A stretch of 45,677 nucleotides of DNA. Origin: Akkermansiaceae bacterium (GTDB lineage: Bacteria > Verrucomicrobiota > Verrucomicrobiia > Verrucomicrobiales > Akkermansiaceae). The stretch spans positions 1 through 45,677 of the forward strand of contig JALZVA010000132.1 of the NCBI GenBank assembly GCA_023301335.1, read 5' to 3'. Below, piece by piece: positions 1-9,752 of the stretch. Position 1 is the stretch's first letter. The number at the start of each line of letters is the position of its first letter. The position numbers and the translations under genes were made by a program. The notes beneath the pieces are model-generated. The model worked only from the letters and a program-made list of their open reading frames with translations, made no database searches and was not told where the DNA came from.

Positions 1-1
1 C

Positions 2-289
2 CGTAAACTTACAGAAGCCGACACCAAGGGAGGCATCGCCACCGTGACGAACTTCGGAACCTTTGGACTCACCTGGGCAACCCCTATTCCACTCCCTAAC
101 GAGACCTTAATCTTAGGAATCAGTGCAGGGGTGAAACGTCCTGTTTGGTCAGAGGAGGTTAACGTCTTCGTGCCTGTGACAGAAGCCGAGCTCTGTCTCA
201 CATTTGACCACAGAGTGATTGATGGCGGTGATGCTGGACGCTTACTAAAGCGTGTTGCAGAACTTCTAGCAACGCCAGAAAAGCTCTAG
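2..289 (+). CDS. 2-oxoacid dehydrogenase E2 (dihydrolipoamide acyltransferase) C-terminal catalytic domain, 5'-partial
   Basis: Frame is open from base 2 (RKLTEADTKGGIATVTNFGTFG...TPI...LGI...LTFDHRVIDG); HRVIDG is the E2 catalytic motif. The complex it belongs to cannot be determined. Confidence 0.9.
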   Translation, partial: RKLTEADTKGGIATVTNFGTFGLTWATPIPLPNETLILGISAGVKRPVWSEEVNVFVPVTEAELCLTFDHRVIDGGDAGRLLKRVAELLATPEKL

Positions 290-350
290 AAAATTAGGTG
301 TCTGAAGTGATTGAGCAGCTTGTTCAATTACTTTATATGGGTAAAAAAAC

Positions 351-863
351 TTAGTAAAGTCGGGTGCGTGGCTGCTTCTGCTCTGTATCCTTTGGCACCT
401 CAATTTTTTTAATGAGCTCGAAGTCTCCATCTTCGCAAGCTTTGACAAAGCCTTCTGTGTATCCCTTTAGTCGATTCCAATGGCTACGAATCTCTTCCGC
501 TTCGTCAGGCGTGATAGAGTTATCTTGAGCCGCTTTGGAGATTTCTAGAAGGAGGTGAGAGAATTGATGTAGAATTTCATTGGTCGCAGGAAGGACATCA
601 AACGCCTGGGCTGCTTGCGCATATGATCCTTCTTTGACAAAGTATCCACCTGACTCACTACAGATCCACTCGATGATCTCGATGTGTTTCGTGTGGCGGT
701 AGATTTCCATGAGTCGGTCTAGTGGATTTCTACTTCCAGAGCCTGCATCTGATTGGTCTTGTGCCCATTTGTAAACAAGGGAGAGACTCACTCCTAGCTC
801 GCTAGCGATAGCTTTGGGGGAAGATTTTTCGAACGCTGCTTTAAGGACTTCATGTGATTCCAT
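351..863 (-). CDS. Phage regulatory CII-like (CP76-type) HTH protein
   Basis: N-terminal HTH (PKAIASELGVSLSLVYKWAQ), then NPLDRL, W-IC...GGYFV and a C-terminal 'D-I-EA--I' helical region typical of CII-family regulators. Confidence 0.65.
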   Translation of the reverse strand: MESHEVLKAAFEKSSPKAIASELGVSLSLVYKWAQDQSDAGSGSRNPLDRLMEIYRHTKHIEIIEWICSESGGYFVKEGSYAQAAQAFDVLPATNEILHQFSHLLLEISKAAQDNSITPDEAEEIRSHWNRLKGYTEGFVKACEDGDFELIKKIEVPKDTEQKQPRTRLY

Positions 864-978
864 ACCCTTTCATATAAAAACAGTTTCAAAATAGCAAGGT
901 CTGGAGTTAAATTATTGAGATTATTGCTTTACCCAATATAGGATGCGACTTAACTTTGAGTTGAATTTACCTTAACGA

Positions 979-1800
979 ATGCTGCACAATCCCCCCAACA
1001 ATAGAATCGATACGCTACAAAGCGTAGAAATGGCAGAAGGGGTGGAGGTGAAGACACCAGTGGCAGGAGCCTTCCCACGGGCAATGGCGCTTCTGTTGGA
1101 TTCAATTTTCATGATGCTGTTATTTTTTGCCTTCGTGATGCTTCTGGTTTTTCTTTTGTTTAATGTGTTTCATTTTAAAGGAGGTGGGGAAGTGATCGGA
1201 GGAATATTCTTAATAACACTCTTTATCTTTATTTGGTTTTATAATTTCTTTTTTGAAAGAGGGAAAAAGGCAGCGACTTGGGGGAAGAGAATTTATGGTT
1301 TAAAGGTGGTTTCTATAGATGGGACCCGTGCTACGGGAAGACAGATTTTTGTACGCAATATTTTACGCGCTGCAGACTATTTACCTGGAGTGCCTCTTTA
1401 TTTATTACTGAGTAATGAGGATGCTGCGATGTTGGTAATGGCTACTGGAGTAGGCATGATTCCTGTTGGATCGTATGGGATTGGTTTATTTAGTTGCCTG
1501 TTTACCAAGAGGTTCCAGCGAGTAGGTGACCTGGTGGCAAATACCGTAGTCATACATACCAAAACACAGGTACACGCAGTATCTCCTATTAAGGCTCCCG
1601 ACCTGCCGAAGATGCCACGGTTACAGCTCATTCGTGAGGAAGAAGTTGCCATTCGTAGTTTCTGTGAGCGTGCAGGTATTTGGTCAGAGGAAAGAAGAAT
1701 TGAGATGGCTCAGCATGCTGAGGAACTTACCCAAAAACAAGGAGTGGAGGCAGTGGAAGAACTAGCCGCATACTCTCGCTGGATCGTAGATAGGAGCTAG
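979..1800 (+). CDS. RDD family membrane protein
   Basis: AG.FPRAMALLLD, T(W)GKR..GLKVV..DG, RNILRAAD and QRVGDLVANTVV motifs with hydrophobic helices. Confidence 0.9.
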   Translation: MLHNPPNNRIDTLQSVEMAEGVEVKTPVAGAFPRAMALLLDSIFMMLLFFAFVMLLVFLLFNVFHFKGGGEVIGGIFLITLFIFIWFYNFFFERGKKAATWGKRIYGLKVVSIDGTRATGRQIFVRNILRAADYLPGVPLYLLLSNEDAAMLVMATGVGMIPVGSYGIGLFSCLFTKRFQRVGDLVANTVVIHTKTQVHAVSPIKAPDLPKMPRLQLIREEEVAIRSFCERAGIWSEERRIEMAQHAEELTQKQGVEAVEELAAYSRWIVDRS

Positions 1801-1806
1801 AAGAAA

Positions 1807-2790
1807 ATGCAGGAAAAAATATTTGAAGAAATAAATGCTGCACGTTGGCGTGAATTTGATGCCTTACTCACGGCTGCAGAGAAAAACTTCTCGGGTGTAG
1901 ATCTCACCCTATTACCAGAGCTTCTCCAACGTCAGTCAAGTGATCTAGCATTAGCTAGACACAGGATGTATGGCGCGAATATGTGCGAGTATTTGAACGA
2001 CCAAGTGATCCGTGGCTATAAGTTGGTACAGAGGGAAAACACTGGCCTCTGGGCGAGGGTTATGAGCTTTTTTCTAAAAGATTTCCCAAGAGCTATGCGG
2101 AAGGAATGGAGATTGCATGTGCTCGGTTGGCTAGTTTGTTTAGTGCCGGCCTTACTCATTATATTTTCCTCTGGCCCTGATAATATGGAATGGGTGAACT
2201 CTGTGTTGGATGAACCTAGCAAGATGCAAATGGAGAGTATGTATGGAAAGGATACAGAGTCTCTTAAGGATGGGAGAGGAGATGGCGGTGACTTTATGAT
2301 GTTTGGCTTTTATATCTGGAATAACATTAGTATCGATTTTCAGATTTTTGCCTGTGGGGTGTTATTTGGCTTGGGAAGTTTATATTTCTTGTTTCATAAT
2401 GCTCTTTTTTTTGGCGCTATTATTGCTTATATATCAGCGTATGGAGCGCCAGAAAAATTATACGGTTTCGTGTCTAGTCATGCTCCTCCGGAGTTGTGGG
2501 CAATGGTTATTTCTGGGATGGCTGGTATGAAGCTAGGATTTTGTTTACTGACGCCGGGCAGAAGGTCACGCCCAGCAGCTTTACTCCATGCCGGAAAAAC
2601 TGCGGTGCCTTTGATCATGGGCGCAGCTGCAATGACGCTTTTAGCCGCTTTTATTGAAGGCTTCTGGTCAGCCAATGAATTCGAAAGCCTCGGTGGCTGG
2701 AGATTTAAGGTGTGGGTAGGGATCGCTGGATGGATCGCGTTCTTTGTTTATTTCATGTTTTGTGGAAGGGAGAAAAACCTTGAAACTTGA
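1807..2790 (+). CDS. SpoIIM / DUF95-family membrane protein
   Basis: N-terminal W..F..LL, DLA.AR, YLN; YIWNNI, H-PPEL.A...SG.AG; multiple TM helices; typical operon position after RDD. Confidence 0.88.
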   Translation: MQEKIFEEINAARWREFDALLTAAEKNFSGVDLTLLPELLQRQSSDLALARHRMYGANMCEYLNDQVIRGYKLVQRENTGLWARVMSFFLKDFPRAMRKEWRLHVLGWLVCLVPALLIIFSSGPDNMEWVNSVLDEPSKMQMESMYGKDTESLKDGRGDGGDFMMFGFYIWNNISIDFQIFACGVLFGLGSLYFLFHNALFFGAIIAYISAYGAPEKLYGFVSSHAPPELWAMVISGMAGMKLGFCLLTPGRRSRPAALLHAGKTAVPLIMGAAAMTLLAAFIEGFWSANEFESLGGWRFKVWVGIAGWIAFFVYFMFCGREKNLET

Positions 2791-4345
2791 GAATGTAACG
2801 GCGGAGATCCGTCCACGAGGCCGCTGGGAGAGTATTGATCTGGGGGTTGCCCTAGTGCAGAGGAATTATAAATCTGTAATGCTAGCATGGAGCCTCACTG
2901 TCCTTCCTTTGATGCTTCTAATGCTAGGTGGGGCGTATCTATGGTACTCGCTAGCAGACACGTGGTTTGACTCTGAAGGCTCGGGATTTTCTAATTTTCT
3001 GGGTGTGATGCTGCCCTTCTTTGTGATGTGGTGGTTTAAGCCGATCTATGAACGGGTGCCTTTATATGTACTTAGTCGCTCTTTATTCGGTGAGCAGGTG
3101 AGCGTGCCAAAGTTAGTCACTCAGTGGCCGAAGCTAATCGTTAAAGATTTTTTTAAATTGATGGTATTTAAGCGGTTTTCCACCTCCCGCTCGTTCACGA
3201 TGCCGATTAATGAACTAGAAGGCTTAAAGGGGAAAAGCTATAAGCAACGAGTGAGCCTTCTTTCTCGTCACGGAGGAGATGGGGCATCAGGTCTGACAGT
3301 TTCCTGCGTATTGATCTCACACATTTCACTCATGACAGTTTACATTGCCTACCGTTGGTTGAGCATGTATGGATTTAATCTAGAGACGATTGGTGAGCAT
3401 ATCGACTTTTTTATGGAGGCTATGCTTGGGTTCTATATAGATGAGCAGTCAGTGCCTTCCTTGATGTTCGCTCTAGTGAGTTATATAGTCGTGCTGTCTG
3501 CTCTCACCCCGTTTTATTCTGGTGCAGGTTTCGCTATCTATATCAATAGTAGAACAATTTCTGAAGGCTGGGATATCGAACTAGCGTTTAAGAGAATGTC
3601 AGAGCGATTAAAAAAACTACGCAGTGGGAGTAGTCACACGCTACTGAGCTTCTTTATCTGCGTAGTAGGCATAGGATTTTTTAGCGTAAGCTCTGCGAAG
3701 GCTGCTGTGCGCTATGAAGAGAATAGCAGTGCTGATAGAGTGATGGATGAACCTTCGTTCGATGTTACGATCAAAGAAACAGAGGTGCCTATCTATGAAG
3801 AATCAGAAAAATCTGATTGGGACTTTAGTGCCCTCGCTAATCTTGGCCCACTATTGAATTTGATTTTCTGGATCATTGTCATTGTAGGTATCGGTTTTTT
3901 GGTTTGGCTGATTCTTAAAAACACTCATATGTTCAGAACAGAGAGGACAGGGACGAATATAAGAGCGGAAGAACGGGTGAAGGCGAAGAGCGTACTAGGA
4001 ATGGATGTCACACCTGAAAGTTTGCCTACGGATGTGATCGAGGCGTCGCGGAAAGCTTGGTTAGAAGGAAATAAAAAAGAAGCACTCAGCTATCTCTATC
4101 GCGGCTCGCTTGAGTGGATGGTGAACGCTGCACTTTTACCTGTGCTTGAGAGTGATACAGAGCAGGACTGTGTAAGACATGTAGAGACTCTTAAGAACAC
4201 TCCTGTGGAAACCTATTTTTCAAAACTCACACAAGTGTGGGTGTCGCAGGCGTATGGAAACCTAGAGCCTGAGGATAATGCGATCGAGTGGCTGTGTGAG
4301 GACTGGCCGTTTCACAATAAACAGATAGGAGGAGAGAAGGGATGA
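2780..4345 (+). CDS. DUF4129-domain membrane protein
   Basis: Likely TTG start at 2780 (GGGAG upstream, overlapping the SpoIIM stop) gives MKLENVTAEIRPRGRWESIDLG; YINSRT..EGWDIEL; C-terminal ALSYLYRG...TE.DC...W...AYG. The ORF track starts at 2744. Confidence 0.8.
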   Translation: MKLENVTAEIRPRGRWESIDLGVALVQRNYKSVMLAWSLTVLPLMLLMLGGAYLWYSLADTWFDSEGSGFSNFLGVMLPFFVMWWFKPIYERVPLYVLSRSLFGEQVSVPKLVTQWPKLIVKDFFKLMVFKRFSTSRSFTMPINELEGLKGKSYKQRVSLLSRHGGDGASGLTVSCVLISHISLMTVYIAYRWLSMYGFNLETIGEHIDFFMEAMLGFYIDEQSVPSLMFALVSYIVVLSALTPFYSGAGFAIYINSRTISEGWDIELAFKRMSERLKKLRSGSSHTLLSFFICVVGIGFFSVSSAKAAVRYEENSSADRVMDEPSFDVTIKETEVPIYEESEKSDWDFSALANLGPLLNLIFWIIVIVGIGFLVWLILKNTHMFRTERTGTNIRAEERVKAKSVLGMDVTPESLPTDVIEASRKAWLEGNKKEALSYLYRGSLEWMVNAALLPVLESDTEQDCVRHVETLKNTPVETYFSKLTQVWVSQAYGNLEPEDNAIEWLCEDWPFHNKQIGGEKG

Positions 4346-5616
4346 GAACACTGAGCATTCTGTGTATACTGCTGATAGGCATCCTGATCACTTCCTGCGG
4401 AAGAAAGGTGGTGGGCTATGAAACGCATAAAGAAAATAAAGGCTACCGAGGTGAGGCCGCGCGTAACCCGTTTTTGGCTGCTCAGTTATTTTTAGAAGAA
4501 TATGAGATGGTGACGGGGCATAGTAGTAGAGCTAGGTATGATCCAGAGCTGTATGATACGATGGTGATACCTGCTCGGTCATTACGATCAGAGAGCCAGA
4601 TACGTAGAATGTTAGACTACATGCGTAAGGGAGGTCATGTGATCTTTTTATTGGAGCATGGAGAGAAAGAATATCGTGACTTTAATCACTATTTCAGCTG
4701 GGGAGAGAATGCTTTTGATGAAGAGCTTGTAAGTGCATTTGTTGACCATTTCGGAGTCTCTTTGAGTGCTGATGACGAAACTACGTATGAGGATTCTGAA
4801 GAGAAGGTGATATTTGAAGATGCCCAGCGTGCTTATGAAATACCATATTCTCGAACTGTGACTATAAACTTCAAGGAAAGAGAATATGAGGCAAGATTTG
4901 GGACAGATTGGTTACTATTAGATGATGGTAGAGGAACTAAAAAAGGATCAGGCGAAAATCTTTTTTCAAATATTAGTCTTACCGGTGAGACAGCGTTACA
5001 CACGGTGATTAAAGATGAAGAAGAGGGAAAACATAAGTTCATTTCTAAGGGGTATGGAAAACGCCAGGGCAGAGTGACGTTGATAACAGATGGGCGGATG
5101 CTGCGTAATCCACATTTAGCCACGCAGAATCATCCTTCTGTTCTGTTAGATATCTTGAAATTATCAGACTCCAGTTCAGTGCTGTTCACCTCTGGTGAGA
5201 GTGAGAGCTTTTACTCTCTTCTCGGTAAATACTACTTCTATGGCTTAGTGGGTTTGTTGAGCCTTATCTTCTTTTGGTTACTTGCACGTTGGCAACGCTT
5301 CGGACCAGTGATTGAGAATCTGCCTTCAAACAACCTAAATTACCTCAAGACATTAGATTCACGTGGTCATTTCTACTGGAAGCATAAAAAGGAAGCTTAC
5401 TTAATTAGAAGCATGCAAAAACGTGCTGAGCGAGTGTTGGGAGTTGAAGGCTCTGTAGCAGAAGTGAGACGTGAGAGGTTTAAGTCTGTCGCTAAAGAAT
5501 TAGGAGAAGAGGCAACACTTATCGAAGCTGCCTTCCGTGAAGCGGTGGTGCGTGAACCCCTTTATTTTATCGAATCCGTAAGTATTTTACAAAAAATAAT
5601 CAAACATTATGAATAG
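4342..5616 (+). CDS. DUF4350-domain lipoprotein / membrane protein
   Basis: Lipobox-like ITSC, GYRGEAARNPFLAA, a C-terminal TM followed by RFGPV; ATGA overlap with the previous gene. Confidence 0.75.
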   Translation: MRTLSILCILLIGILITSCGRKVVGYETHKENKGYRGEAARNPFLAAQLFLEEYEMVTGHSSRARYDPELYDTMVIPARSLRSESQIRRMLDYMRKGGHVIFLLEHGEKEYRDFNHYFSWGENAFDEELVSAFVDHFGVSLSADDETTYEDSEEKVIFEDAQRAYEIPYSRTVTINFKEREYEARFGTDWLLLDDGRGTKKGSGENLFSNISLTGETALHTVIKDEEEGKHKFISKGYGKRQGRVTLITDGRMLRNPHLATQNHPSVLLDILKLSDSSSVLFTSGESESFYSLLGKYYFYGLVGLLSLIFFWLLARWQRFGPVIENLPSNNLNYLKTLDSRGHFYWKHKKEAYLIRSMQKRAERVLGVEGSVAEVRRERFKSVAKELGEEATLIEAAFREAVVREPLYFIESVSILQKIIKHYE

Positions 5617-6649
5617 CATGAATCCAGAACAAGAAGAAGGGAACTATGCTCCCCCGAAAGAAACTGCTGTACCTCAGCAGCCTATTTCAGAAAGCATGAC
5701 GGAAGAGAGGCAGGAGAGTGCCTCTCTTGAAGTGATCAAGAAAATGAGATCACAATTACAACACTTGGTGATAGGGCAGAGTAATGCGATCGATCAAGTC
5801 ATTGCATGCTTGATCGCAGGTGGACATATTCTGTTAGAAGGGAAGCCGGGTTTAGGAAAAACTTTTTTGGTGAACTCTCTGGCACGGATGTTTGGAGGAG
5901 CGTATGGACGTGTGCAGTTCACACCGGATTTGATGCCTGCAGATGTGACAGGTTTCACCCTGTTTGATATGAAGAGCCAAACGTTCAAAGTGCGTAAGGG
6001 GCCTGTTTTTACCAATCTTCTTCTTGCTGATGAAATTAACCGAGCTCCTGCTAAAACGCAGGCTGCTTTGTTAGAAGTGATGCAGGAACGTCAGGTGACG
6101 ATTGATGGTGACTGCATGAAGCTAGACCCACCGTTCATGACGTTGGCAACGCAGAATCCAATTGAACAAGAGGGAACCTACCCACTTCCGGAAGCTCAGT
6201 TAGACCGATTTTTAATGAAGGTCGTGATGGATTTTCCTGATCATAAGAGTGAGGTAGAAGTCGTTCAAGCCGTGACCTCTGGTGCTCACTCTGAGGTGGA
6301 CGTGATCTGTGATCCTGCAATGGTTGTATCGATTCAGAAAGAAGTACTGAATGTGAGAGCTGTTCCAGAAGTAGTGGATTATGCCGTGAATTTAACGCGT
6401 GCCACACGTTCTGCTCAGGGTATTCGTCTTGGAGCTGGGACACGTGGAGCAATCAGTCTAGTAGCAGTTGCCAAGGCCTATGCTGTCATGGGAGGGCGAG
6501 ACTTCATCATGCCTGACGATGTAAAATATGCTGCGATCCCTGTGTTGAGACACAGAATCCAGCTAGCTCCAGAACTAGCTATTAGTGGTCAAACGATAGA
6601 TGATGCACTTGCGACATTGATCGCCTCAGTTGAAGCACCTCGTCAATGA
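5609..6649 (+). CDS. moxR: MoxR-family AAA+ ATPase
   Basis: GHILLEGKPGLGKT Walker A, RVQFTPDLMPADVTG, LLADEINRAPAKTQAALLE, ATQNPIEQEGTYPLPEAQLDRF. Confidence 0.95.
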   Translation: MNSMNPEQEEGNYAPPKETAVPQQPISESMTEERQESASLEVIKKMRSQLQHLVIGQSNAIDQVIACLIAGGHILLEGKPGLGKTFLVNSLARMFGGAYGRVQFTPDLMPADVTGFTLFDMKSQTFKVRKGPVFTNLLLADEINRAPAKTQAALLEVMQERQVTIDGDCMKLDPPFMTLATQNPIEQEGTYPLPEAQLDRFLMKVVMDFPDHKSEVEVVQAVTSGAHSEVDVICDPAMVVSIQKEVLNVRAVPEVVDYAVNLTRATRSAQGIRLGAGTRGAISLVAVAKAYAVMGGRDFIMPDDVKYAAIPVLRHRIQLAPELAISGQTIDDALATLIASVEAPRQ

Positions 6650-8076
6650 AGCAAAACGGATATCTCATTTACTTTGGCCTCTTGGTAGTTCTCTTAGCAG
6701 GGTTCACCATCCTTGTGCCTAAGTTATTATTCGTGACCGCCCCACTTGGTTTGGCGGCGGCTTCGTTGAGCTTTAAATTCAGGCCCACCCAATACACTCT
6801 CTTTAGCTTACTCGGCTTAACGCTGATTGGCGCATTGGGGAGACACATAGAGAGTGCCTTGATTGTTTGGTGGCTTCTTTTGTTTGCCCTCCTAGTAGTA
6901 TCAATTATAGATCTCGTCTTTTTGTTCACTAAGGTAAAGTTTGAGTTAGTGAGAACTCTGCCAGGGAGATTTGCCCAAGGTCAGCCAGGTGAGATCAAAG
7001 TACTTATTAGGAATCTATCGAATATGGGCTTTCATGTTTCCTTTTTCGATGGACTTCCTCAAGGGGCTATTTCAGAACAGCTTCCTTGGTCAGGGTATAT
7101 TCCGAGTGAAAAATATATTGAGGTGACCTATGAAGCGACGATTAAGGAACGTGGGTGGATAGAGTTTAGTAAAACGCACATCGAATCGCACGGACCTCTG
7201 AGAATGTGGTCAAAGATGTTCCGTGTAGGGGAAAAAGAACAAGTGCGTGTCTATCCTAACTACGAACCAGTCCTCCAGCTTTCCTTGATGTCGATGGAGA
7301 GTAACCCTGAGCAAATGGGAATCGTTAAGAAGAACCGTTCGGGTCTGAGTAAAGAATTTCACCAGCTACGTGACTACCATGAGGGGGACATGCTCTCTCA
7401 GGTTGATTGGAAGGCTAGCTCGAAACGTCAGTCGCTCATTTCACGTTCCTACCATGAACAACGAGATCAGAATGTCATCCTAGCGATAGACTGTGGCAGA
7501 AGAATGCGTGCTTTAGATAATGGGCTCTCTCAGTTTGACCACTGTTTGAATGCAATGCTTTTACTGGCATATGTGGCCTTAAAGCAGGGGGATAATGTGG
7601 GCATTATGGCATACGGTGGACAAGATAGATGGCTACCTCCTGTCAAAGGGGTTGAATCGATGACCACAATTCTAAACCATCTATTTGACTACCAAACCTC
7701 ATCCTCACCAAGTGACTATGGAGAAGCTGTAGAGAGAATTTTAGTCAGACAAAAACGACGTTCCATGGTGGTGTTTATCTCTAATTTCAGAGGTGAAGAC
7801 ACAGCTGAGTTGATCGACCCCATTAGAAAATTACGACAAAAGCACATTGTGACGATTGGGAATATTCGAGAAACCGAGGTCGAAGAGGCCATGGATCTAG
7901 ATATCCACAGTTTTGATGAAGCCGTCAGGCTTGCTGCTATTCAACAGTATGTCAATGACCGTGAATTAGTTATGGATAAATTAGAGGCGATGAATGTGCC
8001 TTCTGTAGATACGATAGCGACAAAGTTACCTGTAGCGCTGGCGAATCAGTATCTGGCCATGCGTGAGCTGGTGTAA
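6646..8076 (+). CDS. DUF58 (VWA-like) membrane protein
   Basis: VRVYP, EFHQLRDY..GD....DWKAS, D.GRRM; ATGA-coupled to moxR. Confidence 0.9.
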   Translation: MKQNGYLIYFGLLVVLLAGFTILVPKLLFVTAPLGLAAASLSFKFRPTQYTLFSLLGLTLIGALGRHIESALIVWWLLLFALLVVSIIDLVFLFTKVKFELVRTLPGRFAQGQPGEIKVLIRNLSNMGFHVSFFDGLPQGAISEQLPWSGYIPSEKYIEVTYEATIKERGWIEFSKTHIESHGPLRMWSKMFRVGEKEQVRVYPNYEPVLQLSLMSMESNPEQMGIVKKNRSGLSKEFHQLRDYHEGDMLSQVDWKASSKRQSLISRSYHEQRDQNVILAIDCGRRMRALDNGLSQFDHCLNAMLLLAYVALKQGDNVGIMAYGGQDRWLPPVKGVESMTTILNHLFDYQTSSSPSDYGEAVERILVRQKRRSMVVFISNFRGEDTAELIDPIRKLRQKHIVTIGNIRETEVEEAMDLDIHSFDEAVRLAAIQQYVNDRELVMDKLEAMNVPSVDTIATKLPVALANQYLAMRELV

Positions 8077-8144
8077 GAAGCTCTAAAGAAAGGGCATTTT
8101 GTCGTTGAATGACTGCGAATAATCGGTTTTAAATCACTCCAGAT

Positions 8145-9620
8145 ATGAATGAAGCGTCAGAGAGTAAAAATCCGTTGGATTTATCAGGTTTAGATTTTGG
8201 TCCAGCGTGGGCTAAAAATGATAAACCTAAAAAAAAGACTTATTACTCTCGTGATGAAAATTCTTTGAGTAAAGGACGTAAGGGAGGGAGACCTCATTCA
8301 GAGAGAGGGGACAGAGAGCGTTCAGCTCCAGGTGGAGGAAAGCGTAAGTTCAGCAATAACAGAAGGGATGATCGCTATGAGCGCCCGCGTCCAGAGAGAG
8401 AAACTCTTCCTGAGAATGTGAAGGCAAGTATCATGCCTGTGGAGGAAGGAATTGATAACTTAGTGAAGCAAATCTCTGCAACGGGGAGAACGTATTCCGT
8501 ATTTGACCTTGCCCGTGTAGTGCTTAAGTCACGCGAACGCTATAATATTTGCTTCTCCGTCGCTGCTGATGCAGACATGGTAATCTATCAATCTCTCAGT
8601 GATCAAGCCACGTTCTTCAAGGAAGAAGAAGCGCTGAACCACTTCGCCGCTTCAGAAAAATTTAACGAGCTTTATAAAACTGTCGAGGTCGAGACCGAGG
8701 CTCCAAAGGGTAATTTTCCTTCGATCGCATGTTGCGGCTTTACGAATGAGCCGATTGCTCCACCGAATTACCATGGCTACCAAGCACTCGTTTCGGAAAG
8801 GCACGCTGCTGGATTTAGTAACATGTCCTTGGATAAGTATAAGTCACGGATCAAGAGCGAGCGTGATGAAGAGAAGGTAGCGCAGTGGATGGAAAGCATG
8901 AAGATGCAGAAAAAATACCAGCTTACGAGTGATCCCTCTCAGGAGTTCGAGACCAAAGCTGACGCGATTACGCACTTTAAAGCGAACGGCTTCGTCGCTG
9001 AGTATCCAGTCTTGAAAAAAGCTTTCGTGAAATCTGATGTGGATTTTAAAACGATCTCATCAGGTCTAGCTTCTGGGCTGTTAGAAGTGATTTCTGAGCA
9101 GAACCGTTACCCTGGAGAGCTTTCCTCCTTTTTATGCCGACAGCTTTCTGGAAGGCAGCTCGCCGTCTATAAATGGCAGAATAAACTTCATGCTGGACCA
9201 TCTCGCCCTCATGCAATTCCCGAGGATACCAAGCTAGCAGACCGCCCACAGGCTATACTTAACTGGGTGAAAGAAAACTCTGGGAAAGGGATAGATGAAC
9301 TATGGAAGTCCACCTTAGAAGCAGATGTGACTGAAGAGGTGAAAACCTTATGGTTCCACGACCTCCACTGGATGCTTAACCAAGGCTATCTTGTCCTATT
9401 AGAAAATGGACGACTCTACCTTTCTTCAGATGCGAAGAAAAAGCCACAACAAGCAGGTAAAAAGAAAGCCAAACCGCAGGCTGACACCAGAGGAGCTAAA
9501 ACTGCTAAGAAGGCTGCTACACCTAAGGAAGAAAAAAAATCCGTAGAAAAACCTGAAAAAACGACACCTAAGCAGGAAGTCGTCGAGGAGGAAAAACCTA
9601 GGACTTCTCCAGAGGCTTAG
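8145..9620 (+). CDS. Hypothetical protein with basic disordered N- and C-termini
   Basis: 491-aa ORF with natural composition; LDFGPAW N-terminal motif, R/G-rich stretch, CG....PPNYH.YQ core, K/E-rich tail. Confidence 0.8.
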   Translation: MNEASESKNPLDLSGLDFGPAWAKNDKPKKKTYYSRDENSLSKGRKGGRPHSERGDRERSAPGGGKRKFSNNRRDDRYERPRPERETLPENVKASIMPVEEGIDNLVKQISATGRTYSVFDLARVVLKSRERYNICFSVAADADMVIYQSLSDQATFFKEEEALNHFAASEKFNELYKTVEVETEAPKGNFPSIACCGFTNEPIAPPNYHGYQALVSERHAAGFSNMSLDKYKSRIKSERDEEKVAQWMESMKMQKKYQLTSDPSQEFETKADAITHFKANGFVAEYPVLKKAFVKSDVDFKTISSGLASGLLEVISEQNRYPGELSSFLCRQLSGRQLAVYKWQNKLHAGPSRPHAIPEDTKLADRPQAILNWVKENSGKGIDELWKSTLEADVTEEVKTLWFHDLHWMLNQGYLVLLENGRLYLSSDAKKKPQQAGKKKAKPQADTRGAKTAKKAATPKEEKKSVEKPEKTTPKQEVVEEEKPRTSPEA

Positions 9621-9752
9621 GGCTTTTAATAAGGCTAAGAGCAGACTTGTTCTTATTGATCCATTTTGGAGAGTAAACTCTAGAATATTAGGTTTATAGG
9701 ATTGATTTTTAAGGTTTAGCGACTTACCCTAATTCAACTTTATTAAATTGAA

